In this document: positions 9,977 to 20,089 of the stretch, in pieces
How the letters are laid out: each line of letters starts with the position of its first letter
Position numbering within the stretch: position 1 is the stretch's first letter
NCBI GenBank assembly: GCA_008369845.1
Contig: MRSU01007023.1
Span: forward strand, 1 to 46,109
Origin: Trichomonas gallinae
Lineage: Eukaryota
Length of the DNA: 46,109 nt
Direction: 5' to 3'
Notes under the pieces: model-generated
Databases searched by the model: none
What the model saw: only the letters and a program-made list of their open reading frames with translations
Told to the model about the DNA's origin: nothing
Translations under genes and position numbers: made by a program

Positions 9977-10729
9977 TTACTCAATTAAAGGCGTGGCTCC
10001 ATAAATGAAACTTTCAATTAATCCTTCATTTGTTCCCATCTTAATATGCATTGTTCCGTTGATTCCCCAGCTGGTTCCATATTGGTTCAGTAATATCCAG
10101 TATTCGACGCCATTTTCCTTTCCCCAGCCGATTAATTCGACTGCATGGTTTCCTGCTTCGATATAACCCTTGTGGCTGGATTCATATATTCCTCCACGGT
10201 AAGATGCGAATTGTCTATCTGTTGCAATTGAAGCGCTGACCGGTCCAAAGAGATATACAGCCTTTTTGATTGCTTCGACGCCTACGTAGCGTGTTGTACT
10301 TCCATAGACTGATCTGTAAAGTTTAAACGGCTCTTTTGTTGAACATTTCGAACAATATTGAATATTATATTCTTGGCGGCCTTCAAAAGGATGGCAACGC
10401 TGATTTGTAAGTCCATGTTGTTCCATGAAGTAAAATACGCTTCTTTCGCAGCCACCGACGCATCCATTATCTGCAGTATCGCAAGCAACGATGTATTGTG
10501 ATGATAATAGCGTTTGCTTACCTGTAGCACGACAGAAACGGTGACTCATAGCTTTAAGAGCGCCGTAAGCATAGCAGCAGCCGCATTCTTGTGTAATTGG
10601 CCCGAAATCGCAGTGTGGATAGGCTTCCAAGAAATTATAACTCTCAGGGAGGTCAACCTTGACATTACTCAGATTTGTAGAATATCCTCGTGGAGAAAAC
10701 AAACAAACCTGACTAATCAAGAAAAACAT
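9977..10729 (-). CDS. Papain-family (clan CA, C1A) cathepsin B-like cysteine peptidase
   Basis: LPESYNF mature start, QECGCCYAY catalytic Cys region, LSSQYIVACD, GCVGG, GNHAVELIGWG (His), YWILLNQYGTSWG (Asn). Confidence 0.9.
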   Translation of the reverse strand: MFFLISQVCLFSPRGYSTNLSNVKVDLPESYNFLEAYPHCDFGPITQECGCCYAYGALKAMSHRFCRATGKQTLLSSQYIVACDTADNGCVGGCERSVFYFMEQHGLTNQRCHPFEGRQEYNIQYCSKCSTKEPFKLYRSVYGSTTRYVGVEAIKKAVYLFGPVSASIATDRQFASYRGGIYESSHKGYIEAGNHAVELIGWGKENGVEYWILLNQYGTSWGINGTMHIKMGTNEGLIESFIYGATPLIE

Positions 10730-10754
10730 ATAATATTTTATGACAAATAATATT

Positions 10755-10765
10755 TTTACATGTCA
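10755..10765 (-). promoter_or_regulatory. TGACATGTAAA motif, copy 5
   Basis: Exact copy 26-36 bp upstream of the cathepsin ATG, just before an Inr-like GTCATA. Confidence 0.6.
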
Positions 10766-11887
10766 GATTTCGAAAAACATATAAATTCAAAGATGGACTT
10801 TTTTTTTTAGATTAAATCATTCATAATAACACAACTAATCTCTGATAAAAGTCTTTACAATCAACTAATCTTTATTCGCATTACTACCCTTTACATAATT
10901 ACCAATTTCATCTAATGATGCTAAAATAAATTTTGCTATTGAAATACTAGCCTCGAGATATGTCATTGCCTACACATCCAAATACGCTAATCCGATATCC
11001 ATAAGACTGAATCAAATACAATAAAATATTTCCATTTTTAAAAGCTCGCTTTCAGCTAACAAAAAGAAATGATTTTGCTTATATTGCATGCATAGATCTA
11101 ACTTACGAAATATGACCATAATTTTACAATCAAAGATATCATAAACCATATTTGTTTCCGTTATTGTTTACAGGCATACAATTTACAGTAAAATATAACA
11201 AATGAGTGAATGAATACCATTGTTTGTCTTGAAAAATATCAAAATCAATTTCGTATTCCGGAATTTAGAATTGCCCCGACAGATTATAATCGCATAAATT
11301 ACATTTATTTGGTGCTATATGTATTACTACGCGATAATTTAACGTAAATACTCAAAATCTTGATTAAATTTTTTCTAAATTGTAATCCAACTCAAAATAA
11401 TTAAATATTTCTCATAGAAATATGAAAATTAATTAGTCTTTAATACGAAATTGCGTTTTGACTGAAATTTAATTCCAAAAAAGAATATTGTTGCTAAAAA
11501 CATTAAATTCCATTTGTAAATCCAAAAATAAAATAATATGCAATAATTTCCTAAAATTGATTTTTCAAAATATCAAGAAAATCATTATAAAAATCGTATT
11601 TTTTTGTTTTATTATAAAAAATTTTTAATTTACCAAAATCATTGATCAACGTTTTCCACCAAAAATTCATAGAAATATGAACTTGTAAATCATAATATAT
11701 AATCATAAAAAGAAAATTAGCCTAATTTTAAAAAATTAGCCCAAAATCTAGGTCCAATATTCTGAAATATTCGCATCATGTTGAAAAATGCTTTTAACTG
11801 CCAGGGGGCATCGTAACACCAAAAGCTGCCAAGTAAAGATACATATACATAGCGAAATCACTCCAAAAAACATGAAGAAAAAATTGG

Positions 11888-11896
11888 TCACTTTTT
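11888..11896 (+). promoter_or_regulatory. Trichomonad initiator (Inr) TCACTTTTT
   Basis: Matches the TCAYW consensus, 27 nt before ATG 11915. Confidence 0.7.
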
Positions 11897-11914
11897 AAAG
11901 GAGAAATTTCTTAC

Positions 11915-14887
11915 ATGGACTCCACAGTTTCTGTGGCGGCAATCCAACAGATGATTGGTATGCTGATGAATCCAACCAAGGAGTCGTACATTCAAGCTAC
12001 GGCACAAAAAAACCTCATTTTGACAGATCAAAAAAATGCATACATCCTATTACAAATACTTCTGACGCAGAACTTATCAGATTTAGACAGATCACTTATC
12101 CTGGACTTGCTTTTCGACTTTATTAAACAGCATGGCTCAGAATTAGCATTTTATGAAATTCATAAATCTTTAAACGAAATTAATCCAGAATATATCCAAT
12201 CGTCATTAATCATATCAAAAATCGCATCAATACTTGCATATATTGTCAAACAGATATTTATTACAGATAATCAATATATTTTAACATTTCTACCGAATAG
12301 AGGACCAATGAACCCGCTAGAGTGCAGAGAGTTTTGCGAATGCTGCACAATTTTTGAGGAAAATGTTCCATCTTTACCTAGAGATGAAAATTTTCGAATT
12401 CAGAAATTTTTTCAAGAGGGGCCATTGATTCTTTATGCAAGTTTCGCAATATCTACGTTAGATGTTACACCAGATCTATCCACAAAACTACTTCTCGCTT
12501 GTTTACAATTTAGAACGAAAAATCGTGCAGGGCCAGCTAGATTTATTAGCATGGTTAAAGATCAGGAGCATTTGATGCAGGAATTAGTGCAGAACGACAT
12601 TTATTCAAAACTCAAAAATATTTTATTTTCACAAGATCAAGAATCATCGGTAAATGCCATCACAATCGCATCTACAATTGCACAGTCAATGCTCTTGGCC
12701 CAAAGCCCTGAGCTGAAAAACGGAATGATCGACTTTATTTCGACAATTTTACAAAATACTGAAATTTTCCAAGATAAAGCGAAAGTGAGCGCAATTGCTG
12801 AAATGCTTTCGAATTCTCAGGTATTTTCACCCGAACTTACTGTACAAGGAATCAACTTTATCCTACAGATTTTAGAAAATAATTTTGTATTAGCAGCTTT
12901 CCTTTTACAATCATGTCTCAAGATATGCATCATCTCTAACCAGGTGAATGGTGATGTAATCAACCAGTTTGGTGCTGTAATGGAAAAATTTGTTCTTTGC
13001 GGCTTAAGCTCGTTTGATGCTAATCCGGAAGCAACGTACAGTGCTATTTTTGATGATATTATATACACATCTTCGACAATAGATGACTTATTATTGAAAT
13101 CTCAATTTACAGTTCAAAAAGACATTATTTCCATATCAGAGCTGATCGAAAAGCTATCGGATGAACCTCTTACTATAGTTGGCCAATATAAATTAGGATT
13201 TTTAATCCAAATTGCAAGATCTGCTGTTAATAATCCAGTTTTGATGCAAAAAATCACAAATGACACTCCTCCTGACGCAACAAACCAGAAAGTAAACTTT
13301 TTGAAGCCACTTGTTCACTCTGTCTTCTCAGCAATGATGAAAACAGGTCCATTTATTAAAGAATTTAATAATTACTTAAAAGAACAAGGTGCCAATTTTG
13401 CTTTCGAGCTCAGCATGATACAATTCATCAGTGATTGCAACAAACAGTACAATAATCAGTTTCATCAGCCGATTTTTAACGAAATTCCATATTTTAGCTC
13501 TGACAGCGAAATGATTTACAGAATCTTTTGGCGCCAGTGGACAGACCTCGTTGACGATATTTGCAGCTTAGATGTTCAATACATTATGAAAAATCAGAAT
13601 TTCGAACAAATATTTACTCATCTTATCAACACAGACGTCCCAAACCATATACTTACCAATTACATAAATTATCCACCAAAATATTTGATATATTCAATAG
13701 TTGCATCAATCATTAAATCAAAAATCGAACTCAGACAGCAATTCTGTGATTCTCTTGTCGAAAACTTCAGAAATTGTCAAGATCCAGGTATGGCAAAGCG
13801 TTTATTCAGAATTCTATTTTGCCTATTTTCTCTTTCTTTAGATAAGGAAGATTGGAGCAATTTATACACATTTTTCTATGATAATTTCTCAGAACTCGCA
13901 GTTGAATGCGCTTCAGGGCCTGCAGCAAAAACAGTTTTCAAATTTATCTCGAAAATGGTCATAAAAGCACCCTTAACCATTCCTTTCTCGAAGAGAAACC
14001 CACAGACATTTAGATTTTACAAGTTTATCTCACATATTCTTTTTCTGATATCAGATAATCTCTTAAAAGACCTTCCAAGGCTTGATGCCACCCAGATTCC
14101 AACAGATCTTACTCCACAGAGCACAGAAACGATTTCTCTCGTTGAAGCTCACGACATGAAAAGAAGACATAGCGATAGCATAACAGTTTCGATGGCATCA
14201 ATTGGTGGAAACTGGCATTTAGCAATAAGAATCCTAATGACGCTAAATTCTCTGATGGTGTCGCCATTTACTAATTTTGGAATTATTTCTTATTATAATG
14301 ATCGCAGCCACCTAGATTTGTTCAGGAATATGATGGAGCATATGGGAGTTAACCCAGAAAATGGTCCAAATATAGCATTATTGACGATTCCAAGACTTGT
14401 TGATGAAATTCTTAATTTTATCAAGTCCAATTTCTCATGCTGCCCGCCATTAGTCCTCGAAGATCCGTATTTGATGCTCTCCATACAGTTCTGCCACATT
14501 GGAATGATATCGAATAATATTGAAACGATTTCCGCTGCTTGTGGCGCAATGATTGACATGGCAGAGAACATGCCTGACGTATCTGCCTTGCAGCCACACG
14601 TTATTATACTCTTCAACATCTTGTTCAATCAGCCGGTAATGAACAGCCTCGATTTTCTCGCAAAGTACTACGAGAAAGATCCTCAATTTATTTTCGGCTT
14701 CGTAGAGGATATAGCACAGAACCTCCCTGAGCATCTTTCAGAGCCCTTCATGCAGTTATACATTAACTACATTCAGAACAATGCCGACGGACAGATCAGC
14801 CTCAGCTTCGGAAAGTTCTTCGACGAAACAATCGACATGAGGATACAGCTGTACACCATGGAACAGTTCGCTCAGTTCTTCAACTGA
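11915..14887 (+). CDS. HEAT/ARM-repeat karyopherin, exportin-7/RanBP16-like
   Basis: 990-aa helical ORF with an Inr 27 nt upstream. FTNFGIISYYND resembles XPO7 VNFGVFRLYGD; PFSKRNPQTFRFYK and LLTIPRL resemble XPO7 motifs. Confidence 0.6.
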   Translation: MDSTVSVAAIQQMIGMLMNPTKESYIQATAQKNLILTDQKNAYILLQILLTQNLSDLDRSLILDLLFDFIKQHGSELAFYEIHKSLNEINPEYIQSSLIISKIASILAYIVKQIFITDNQYILTFLPNRGPMNPLECREFCECCTIFEENVPSLPRDENFRIQKFFQEGPLILYASFAISTLDVTPDLSTKLLLACLQFRTKNRAGPARFISMVKDQEHLMQELVQNDIYSKLKNILFSQDQESSVNAITIASTIAQSMLLAQSPELKNGMIDFISTILQNTEIFQDKAKVSAIAEMLSNSQVFSPELTVQGINFILQILENNFVLAAFLLQSCLKICIISNQVNGDVINQFGAVMEKFVLCGLSSFDANPEATYSAIFDDIIYTSSTIDDLLLKSQFTVQKDIISISELIEKLSDEPLTIVGQYKLGFLIQIARSAVNNPVLMQKITNDTPPDATNQKVNFLKPLVHSVFSAMMKTGPFIKEFNNYLKEQGANFAFELSMIQFISDCNKQYNNQFHQPIFNEIPYFSSDSEMIYRIFWRQWTDLVDDICSLDVQYIMKNQNFEQIFTHLINTDVPNHILTNYINYPPKYLIYSIVASIIKSKIELRQQFCDSLVENFRNCQDPGMAKRLFRILFCLFSLSLDKEDWSNLYTFFYDNFSELAVECASGPAAKTVFKFISKMVIKAPLTIPFSKRNPQTFRFYKFISHILFLISDNLLKDLPRLDATQIPTDLTPQSTETISLVEAHDMKRRHSDSITVSMASIGGNWHLAIRILMTLNSLMVSPFTNFGIISYYNDRSHLDLFRNMMEHMGVNPENGPNIALLTIPRLVDEILNFIKSNFSCCPPLVLEDPYLMLSIQFCHIGMISNNIETISAACGAMIDMAENMPDVSALQPHVIILFNILFNQPVMNSLDFLAKYYEKDPQFIFGFVEDIAQNLPEHLSEPFMQLYINYIQNNADGQISLSFGKFFDETIDMRIQLYTMEQFAQFFN

Positions 14888-15571
14888 TATATTTGGATTT
14901 TCGTTTGTTTTATTTGTATTTTGTTTTTTATTATTATATTTGTAATATATTTCTATTTGTATTTATAAACACTTTCTTCTATTCCATTTTTTTATATTTA
15001 TCTTCGCTTCTTACACAGAATTCATTCTAGCTCTAAATGGAACGCAAATAATTTTTATTTTGCAAATCATATGACTTATTCTTTGAAAATCGAATCCTTG
15101 ATATTTTATTATGCAAGCATGTTATAATCATTCTAATTCTATTTGCATGAAAATAAATTTTATATCAAATCTAAAAAACTTGGTATATCTTCAATACCAT
15201 GGATAAATTAGTTAAGTTACTTGATTTACGACATAATCAGGCAGAACATCATTTATAATCGGAAGATTTCTAAAATATATAAAATTATTTTCTAATTGTT
15301 AATATTTTGTTCATCATTCAATAATTTAACTCATGAGGCTTCATATACTACAATTATATGCATCAATATAATTTTTTATTTTATATTTTGGAAAAATAAG
15401 CTGAAATTTATGTCATAATATTTTGAATGAGCTAATTTTTGATATGTTGAAGCTCAAAAAGTTTAAAATCAATTTCAATTATTTCCTGTCATTTTCTGCA
15501 AAAATTTTGATGAATTTCAATTTTGAATAATATTGAAATGTGTAAAATTTCCACTCATTATATTTTAACAG

Positions 15572-15967
15572 ATGCTGATTCTACTTCCTCTTCTTTGCAT
15601 CAGCACGCCAAAGCAGAGGCCAAAGCACTTCAGCAGGGAGGAAAGAAATGCAAAGATTGAGCACGTCCAGCACTGTAACTACGGGGTGGAAAACATCATC
15701 AAAAAGCATCGTATAGGAAGAAGCAAGCTCAGAGAGATTTTAACAGATCTTTCCAGGAAGACAGGTGTTAGCATATCAGAAGGAAAAGATAAACACACAA
15801 AACAGATGATGTACTGCTGGGTTTGCGAGAATTGCGCTAGATTAAATAATGAATGGGAAAATAGGTTCAACGAGCCAGTTCCTCATTGCAATGCTGATAG
15901 TGACCCAGTTAATGATGATTTTGATGATCAGTTCTTTAATTTTTTCGATTTTGAATTTAGTTTTTGA
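15572..15967 (+). CDS. Small hypothetical protein with hydrophobic leader, HTH-like segment and CxxCxxC
   Basis: 131-aa ATG..TGA ORF, more GC-rich than its flanks, with Inr TCATT at 15555-15559. Confidence 0.7.
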   Translation: MLILLPLLCISTPKQRPKHFSREERNAKIEHVQHCNYGVENIIKKHRIGRSKLREILTDLSRKTGVSISEGKDKHTKQMMYCWVCENCARLNNEWENRFNEPVPHCNADSDPVNDDFDDQFFNFFDFEFSF

Positions 15968-16495
15968 ATAAAAAATATTTGTTGTTTATAGATAAACTTA
16001 ATATGATTATTTTTCACCTCTTTTGAAGAAAATGATCTCATGAAACCTATGAAACATAATCTGAGGCGCAAAAAGCGGAAGACGGTCACGAAATTTCATG
16101 AGATATGACTAAACAGCATTCATAATATCAGTCTTTCTCGTTCATCACACCTAATCGAAGTTATAAACGAGCATTTTGATAAGATTATTTCGAAGTGTTT
16201 TACTGATTAAAATCCTTTAGAGCTTCAAAATAACGCTCAGAATCAGCCCCAAAAAAATCATCCTAGATCAAAATTACACATAGCTAACTTGTAGCTTATT
16301 ATCTTGCCAAGATTTTTTACAGATGCGATTCGCATACCAATAGTGTGCAAATTTTAAATCTATTCTATTTGTATAAAAACCATGTTTTTGCAAAAATAAT
16401 AAATGACTTTAAAGAAAATCAATATATTACGGAAAATAATAATATATCAAAAGTGTTATAATAAGCAAAAGCCATTCAATCGGCTGCCATGATAG

Positions 16496-19400
16496 TCAAA
16501 TATTCTTTTGGACAGGATTAGGCTTGTTGAAATAGTTGAAATGTGCAGCACTGTGTCTGCAATCTGAGCACTTACCTCCAGCAAGGCATCCTCCGCAGAA
16601 AGCTCTTCCACAGTCTCTGCAGAGCCATGCTGCTTCCTTCTCGCAGCTTGTGCACTTGATGAACAAGCTGACGTCGGCGAATCTCGGGCATTTGTGTGCT
16701 GTGAAAGATGTTGCTCCTCCTTCCGTATCGAGGCTGATGACAGCTTTGCCATGGTGAAGAGATGTAACAGATTTGATTGGTGATCCTTCCTTTTGGTAAG
16801 TCATTACCTTGGATATAACATTCTCAGCTGTGTTGAATTCGAATGCGGAAACTTCGCCAGTCTGGAATCCAATAATGAATCTAGGCTTCTCTTCGTACAT
16901 TGCGCCTTCAATTGGAGCTAAGCATGTCGCTGCTGACTCAAGATCGAATTCTGCCAACTTCATGACATCAGCTGTGAAAACCAAGATTTTGGCAGATGTG
17001 ACAGCGATTAGGATTTCTTCAACTGGCATCAAGGAAATAGCAATGATTCCCTCTGCACTTATCTTCTTCGATAATACTGCAGACGGGATGTCGAATAGGT
17101 AAATGAACTTTCCATCTGTTGCTATCAATGAGTTTGAGCGAGTATCTAATGCCATTGCTGTCATAACAGCCTGTGGACATGTGATTAGCTTAGACTGCTT
17201 GGAGTTGTCGAAATAAACGAGAACTGTGCCTTGCTCAGTTGCAGCAGCAATTGATGTGAAATCTTCTGAAACAGTCAATGCAGAAATATTCTTCAAAGAA
17301 TGTTCAACGACGAAATCATTAATATCGCGTGCTTTCTCGAGCATGAATTGCTCTCTTGTCAAGAAAACAGCTCCATCCTTGTTGGCTTTGACTCTTGTTG
17401 CTTCTGGCTGTGGAACTAAAACAGTTGTCCAGATCTCTTCTGAAAACTCAGGCTCGACGTTTTCCTTCTTCTTCATTTGTGTTTCGAAAACACGTGTTGA
17501 TGCCTCTGGGCCGAAAACGGAGTCAACCCATTCATGAATGTCACTTGTCTCCAACAGTCTTCTCATTGCTAATGTTGCACCAGGATTTTCTTTGTTATCC
17601 ATGAAGTCTCCGGATACATAAAATTCTGGTGTCAAGCCTGCTTTCTCTGCCTTATCCATTGCCGACTTTCTGCTCTCTTCAGCTTCTGCGCCTGAGAGAG
17701 ACTTGAATGGTTCATGCTTCGACAAAACCTTCTTGACAAATTCTAGTCTGGATTCTTTGTCAACAGATATCTGCGAAACTGTGCCGTCTGCGTTGATCAA
17801 TGGGAATATTGGGTAGTTGGACAAATCGGAGAATGTCTTTCCAGCATGATAGTTTGCGTAGAAGATGAGATCCAATGCTGTAATTGTTCCCTTTGCGTAA
17901 TCATCGATGATGTCTGATGGATTCTTCGACAAAATCTCTGGAATAACAACTTTCTCTGGTTTGAGTTTCTCGACGAATTCGTCAACAAGTTTCTCATCAA
18001 CTCCAAATGCGAAATGACGGCCATCGAACAAAAATACATCGACTAAAAAGCTCTCATTGTACGGCGTCTTCTTAACATATGTGATTTCCTTCTTGATGAC
18101 ATGTAGTGCTGGATTGTGGAAGAAAAGTGAGCTACGGCCCAGCAATGCTGATGTAGAAATATCAACTATGCTCTTTAGGTCATCAATGTGGATGATTTGG
18201 ATGCCTTTCTCAGTGAGTTTAGCATTGACTAAGAAAACGAATCTGTCTTCAGCGAAAGCGCCAATGCATGGAAGTTTTCCTGCTGATATCAAGTCTAGCT
18301 CGATGAATTTGTCTGTCTCTAAGTGCTGAGAAAGTGTCCTATTGGCTGACTGCTCGCCGCCCATGTATGGTGGTAATGTAATATCTGCGAGTGCCTTGAA
18401 TTCTATTGGCAACGTGAAGTAGTCTCTGAAGTTGAGATTGACTTTTTCGTTGCTGTTTTCTTTCTCTGTTTCTTTAGGAAGAGGAAGAATGTTCTTAGCT
18501 GGGAAGATCGGAGATGGAGAGTTGCAGATGACTTGGCGGCCTGGATCGTTGAGGTTGAAGTACTGTAACAAGCAGCGTGTCTGGAAAACATGCGAAATAT
18601 TCTCTTCAGCACCGATGCATGTCAAATTAAATCTCGTGATAAACTGATTTCTCAGTGAAATTCTGTGCAAGAAAGCATTGCCATTTCTTGAGACCTCGAA
18701 TAAAGTTGTTGGTGTTCTCAAAGTGTTTTGGATTCTCTTTTGAACAATTTCCTGGTTGAACTGCGAAATCTGTATCAGTGTCTCTTGTTTTAGTTTCGCA
18801 GCTGATTGTATTCTATCATTTGTCATGAATTTCTCGAGTTCTTTGTTGACGAATGCCTTCTTGATTGGATTTCCTATTTCCTTTAAGAAGATTTTCTCTT
18901 GTTCTGGGGTCATTGGGAGGTTGATGAGTTTCTCAGCTAAAATATCCATGAAGTTCTTCGACTTCTGCGCTTTCTTCCATGCGAATGGCGTCTGCATGAT
19001 CTTGATGATGATTCTCGCTGATTTGATTGCAATCATGCATGTTGTCAAAAAGTTGACCGGTTCAGGTGGAAGATAATCGAAGACTAAACAGCAAAGTGGT
19101 TGTTCATAGTTCTTCCACCATCCAGCGGTCATAACAGTGGCAATGAAATTACACAAAACAGTCTTGGACTGATCATTGAGTTTCGGCTTCGTTATCAAGA
19201 AGTCGTAGACCAAGAAAATGTGCATCTCTTTCGCTACAGGTGATGGAACATCAGCGCCTTGAATTGTGAATTTGATGAGCAAATCCTTGAAGAGGTTTGG
19301 ATCATTGCACTTCAAGTTCAACATCACTGATGATATATCAGCGATTAACCTGCAAATATCAGCAGAGCCATCAATGTTTTGAGCAGCTTCATCTTCTTTC

Positions 19401-20017
19401 CTTGGCACTCTTTCGATCTCAGTCTTATCGACTTTGTAATCGTCAATGTCAACAAAGTCTGCCTCGTTTGAATACATGATTTTTTCGTCGGTCACTGGGT
19501 CGTTATTGTCGTAAACGTTTTTGTCTTCTAACGTTGAGAAAGGAATTTTGTTTTTCTCGTAGTAATGGAAGCCAGCTGCACAGAGGTTTCCTATGTATTT
19601 GTGAAGATCTGGGCAGATTGTGTCGGCTGCTTTTTCGATTGAGAGTAACATCGTCAAAACAGTGAAAGCGAGTTTTCCTTTGAGATCCTTCTTCAATAGT
19701 TCTGATGCGAGATCGAATGCCAAAATAACTACTTCTGGTCTTGCTAATAAATCTATCTTAAAGTCAGACAGTTTCTTCAATACTTGGTTGTTGATTAAAG
19801 AGAAGATTCCAGTCCAGATAATTTCCTTGTCTGCATAGAACATTAATGCGTTGTGCATCTTGTTTAAGACTTCCTTGTTGTAGAATCCATCAACAGTAAC
19901 AGAATTCTTGACGAATCCATTAAAAACAAATGGAGCAACGCAAGCAGATAATGTGTCGAATGGTTCGATGCATTCTTCAGCTGTCTTCGGGAATCCAGCA
20001 CCGAAAACTCTTCTCAT
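16496..20017 (-). CDS. C-terminal part of BEACH protein (PH, reduced BEACH, WD40, Cys8 zinc finger)
   Basis: ANYHAGKTFSDLSNYPIFP, LTPEFY and HEWVDSVFG match BEACH consensus blocks. WD40-like repeats and CTSC..CRDC..CGGC..CSDC follow. Confidence 0.75.
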   Translation of the reverse strand: MRRVFGAGFPKTAEECIEPFDTLSACVAPFVFNGFVKNSVTVDGFYNKEVLNKMHNALMFYADKEIIWTGIFSLINNQVLKKLSDFKIDLLARPEVVILAFDLASELLKKDLKGKLAFTVLTMLLSIEKAADTICPDLHKYIGNLCAAGFHYYEKNKIPFSTLEDKNVYDNNDPVTDEKIMYSNEADFVDIDDYKVDKTEIERVPRKEDEAAQNIDGSADICRLIADISSVMLNLKCNDPNLFKDLLIKFTIQGADVPSPVAKEMHIFLVYDFLITKPKLNDQSKTVLCNFIATVMTAGWWKNYEQPLCCLVFDYLPPEPVNFLTTCMIAIKSARIIIKIMQTPFAWKKAQKSKNFMDILAEKLINLPMTPEQEKIFLKEIGNPIKKAFVNKELEKFMTNDRIQSAAKLKQETLIQISQFNQEIVQKRIQNTLRTPTTLFEVSRNGNAFLHRISLRNQFITRFNLTCIGAEENISHVFQTRCLLQYFNLNDPGRQVICNSPSPIFPAKNILPLPKETEKENSNEKVNLNFRDYFTLPIEFKALADITLPPYMGGEQSANRTLSQHLETDKFIELDLISAGKLPCIGAFAEDRFVFLVNAKLTEKGIQIIHIDDLKSIVDISTSALLGRSSLFFHNPALHVIKKEITYVKKTPYNESFLVDVFLFDGRHFAFGVDEKLVDEFVEKLKPEKVVIPEILSKNPSDIIDDYAKGTITALDLIFYANYHAGKTFSDLSNYPIFPLINADGTVSQISVDKESRLEFVKKVLSKHEPFKSLSGAEAEESRKSAMDKAEKAGLTPEFYVSGDFMDNKENPGATLAMRRLLETSDIHEWVDSVFGPEASTRVFETQMKKKENVEPEFSEEIWTTVLVPQPEATRVKANKDGAVFLTREQFMLEKARDINDFVVEHSLKNISALTVSEDFTSIAAATEQGTVLVYFDNSKQSKLITCPQAVMTAMALDTRSNSLIATDGKFIYLFDIPSAVLSKKISAEGIIAISLMPVEEILIAVTSAKILVFTADVMKLAEFDLESAATCLAPIEGAMYEEKPRFIIGFQTGEVSAFEFNTAENVISKVMTYQKEGSPIKSVTSLHHGKAVISLDTEGGATSFTAHKCPRFADVSLFIKCTSCEKEAAWLCRDCGRAFCGGCLAGGKCSDCRHSAAHFNYFNKPNPVQKNI

Positions 20018-20089
20018 GAGTTCGACCTGTATTTCTGTTGTGCGTGGATCATCTGGTGTTTCGACTTTGTCCGACGATATGTAAGGGAT

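Noticed and set aside
10970..10983. 14-mer CTACACATCCAAAT matching the reverse complement of 41019-41032
   Set aside because: Flanks do not align, and isolated 14-mer matches are expected in 46 kb of AT-rich DNA.
16035..16104. 11-bp inverted repeat ATCTCATGAAA / TTTCATGAGAT enclosing 48 nt
   Set aside because: Single AT-rich instance with no target-site duplication or second copy; compatible with chance.
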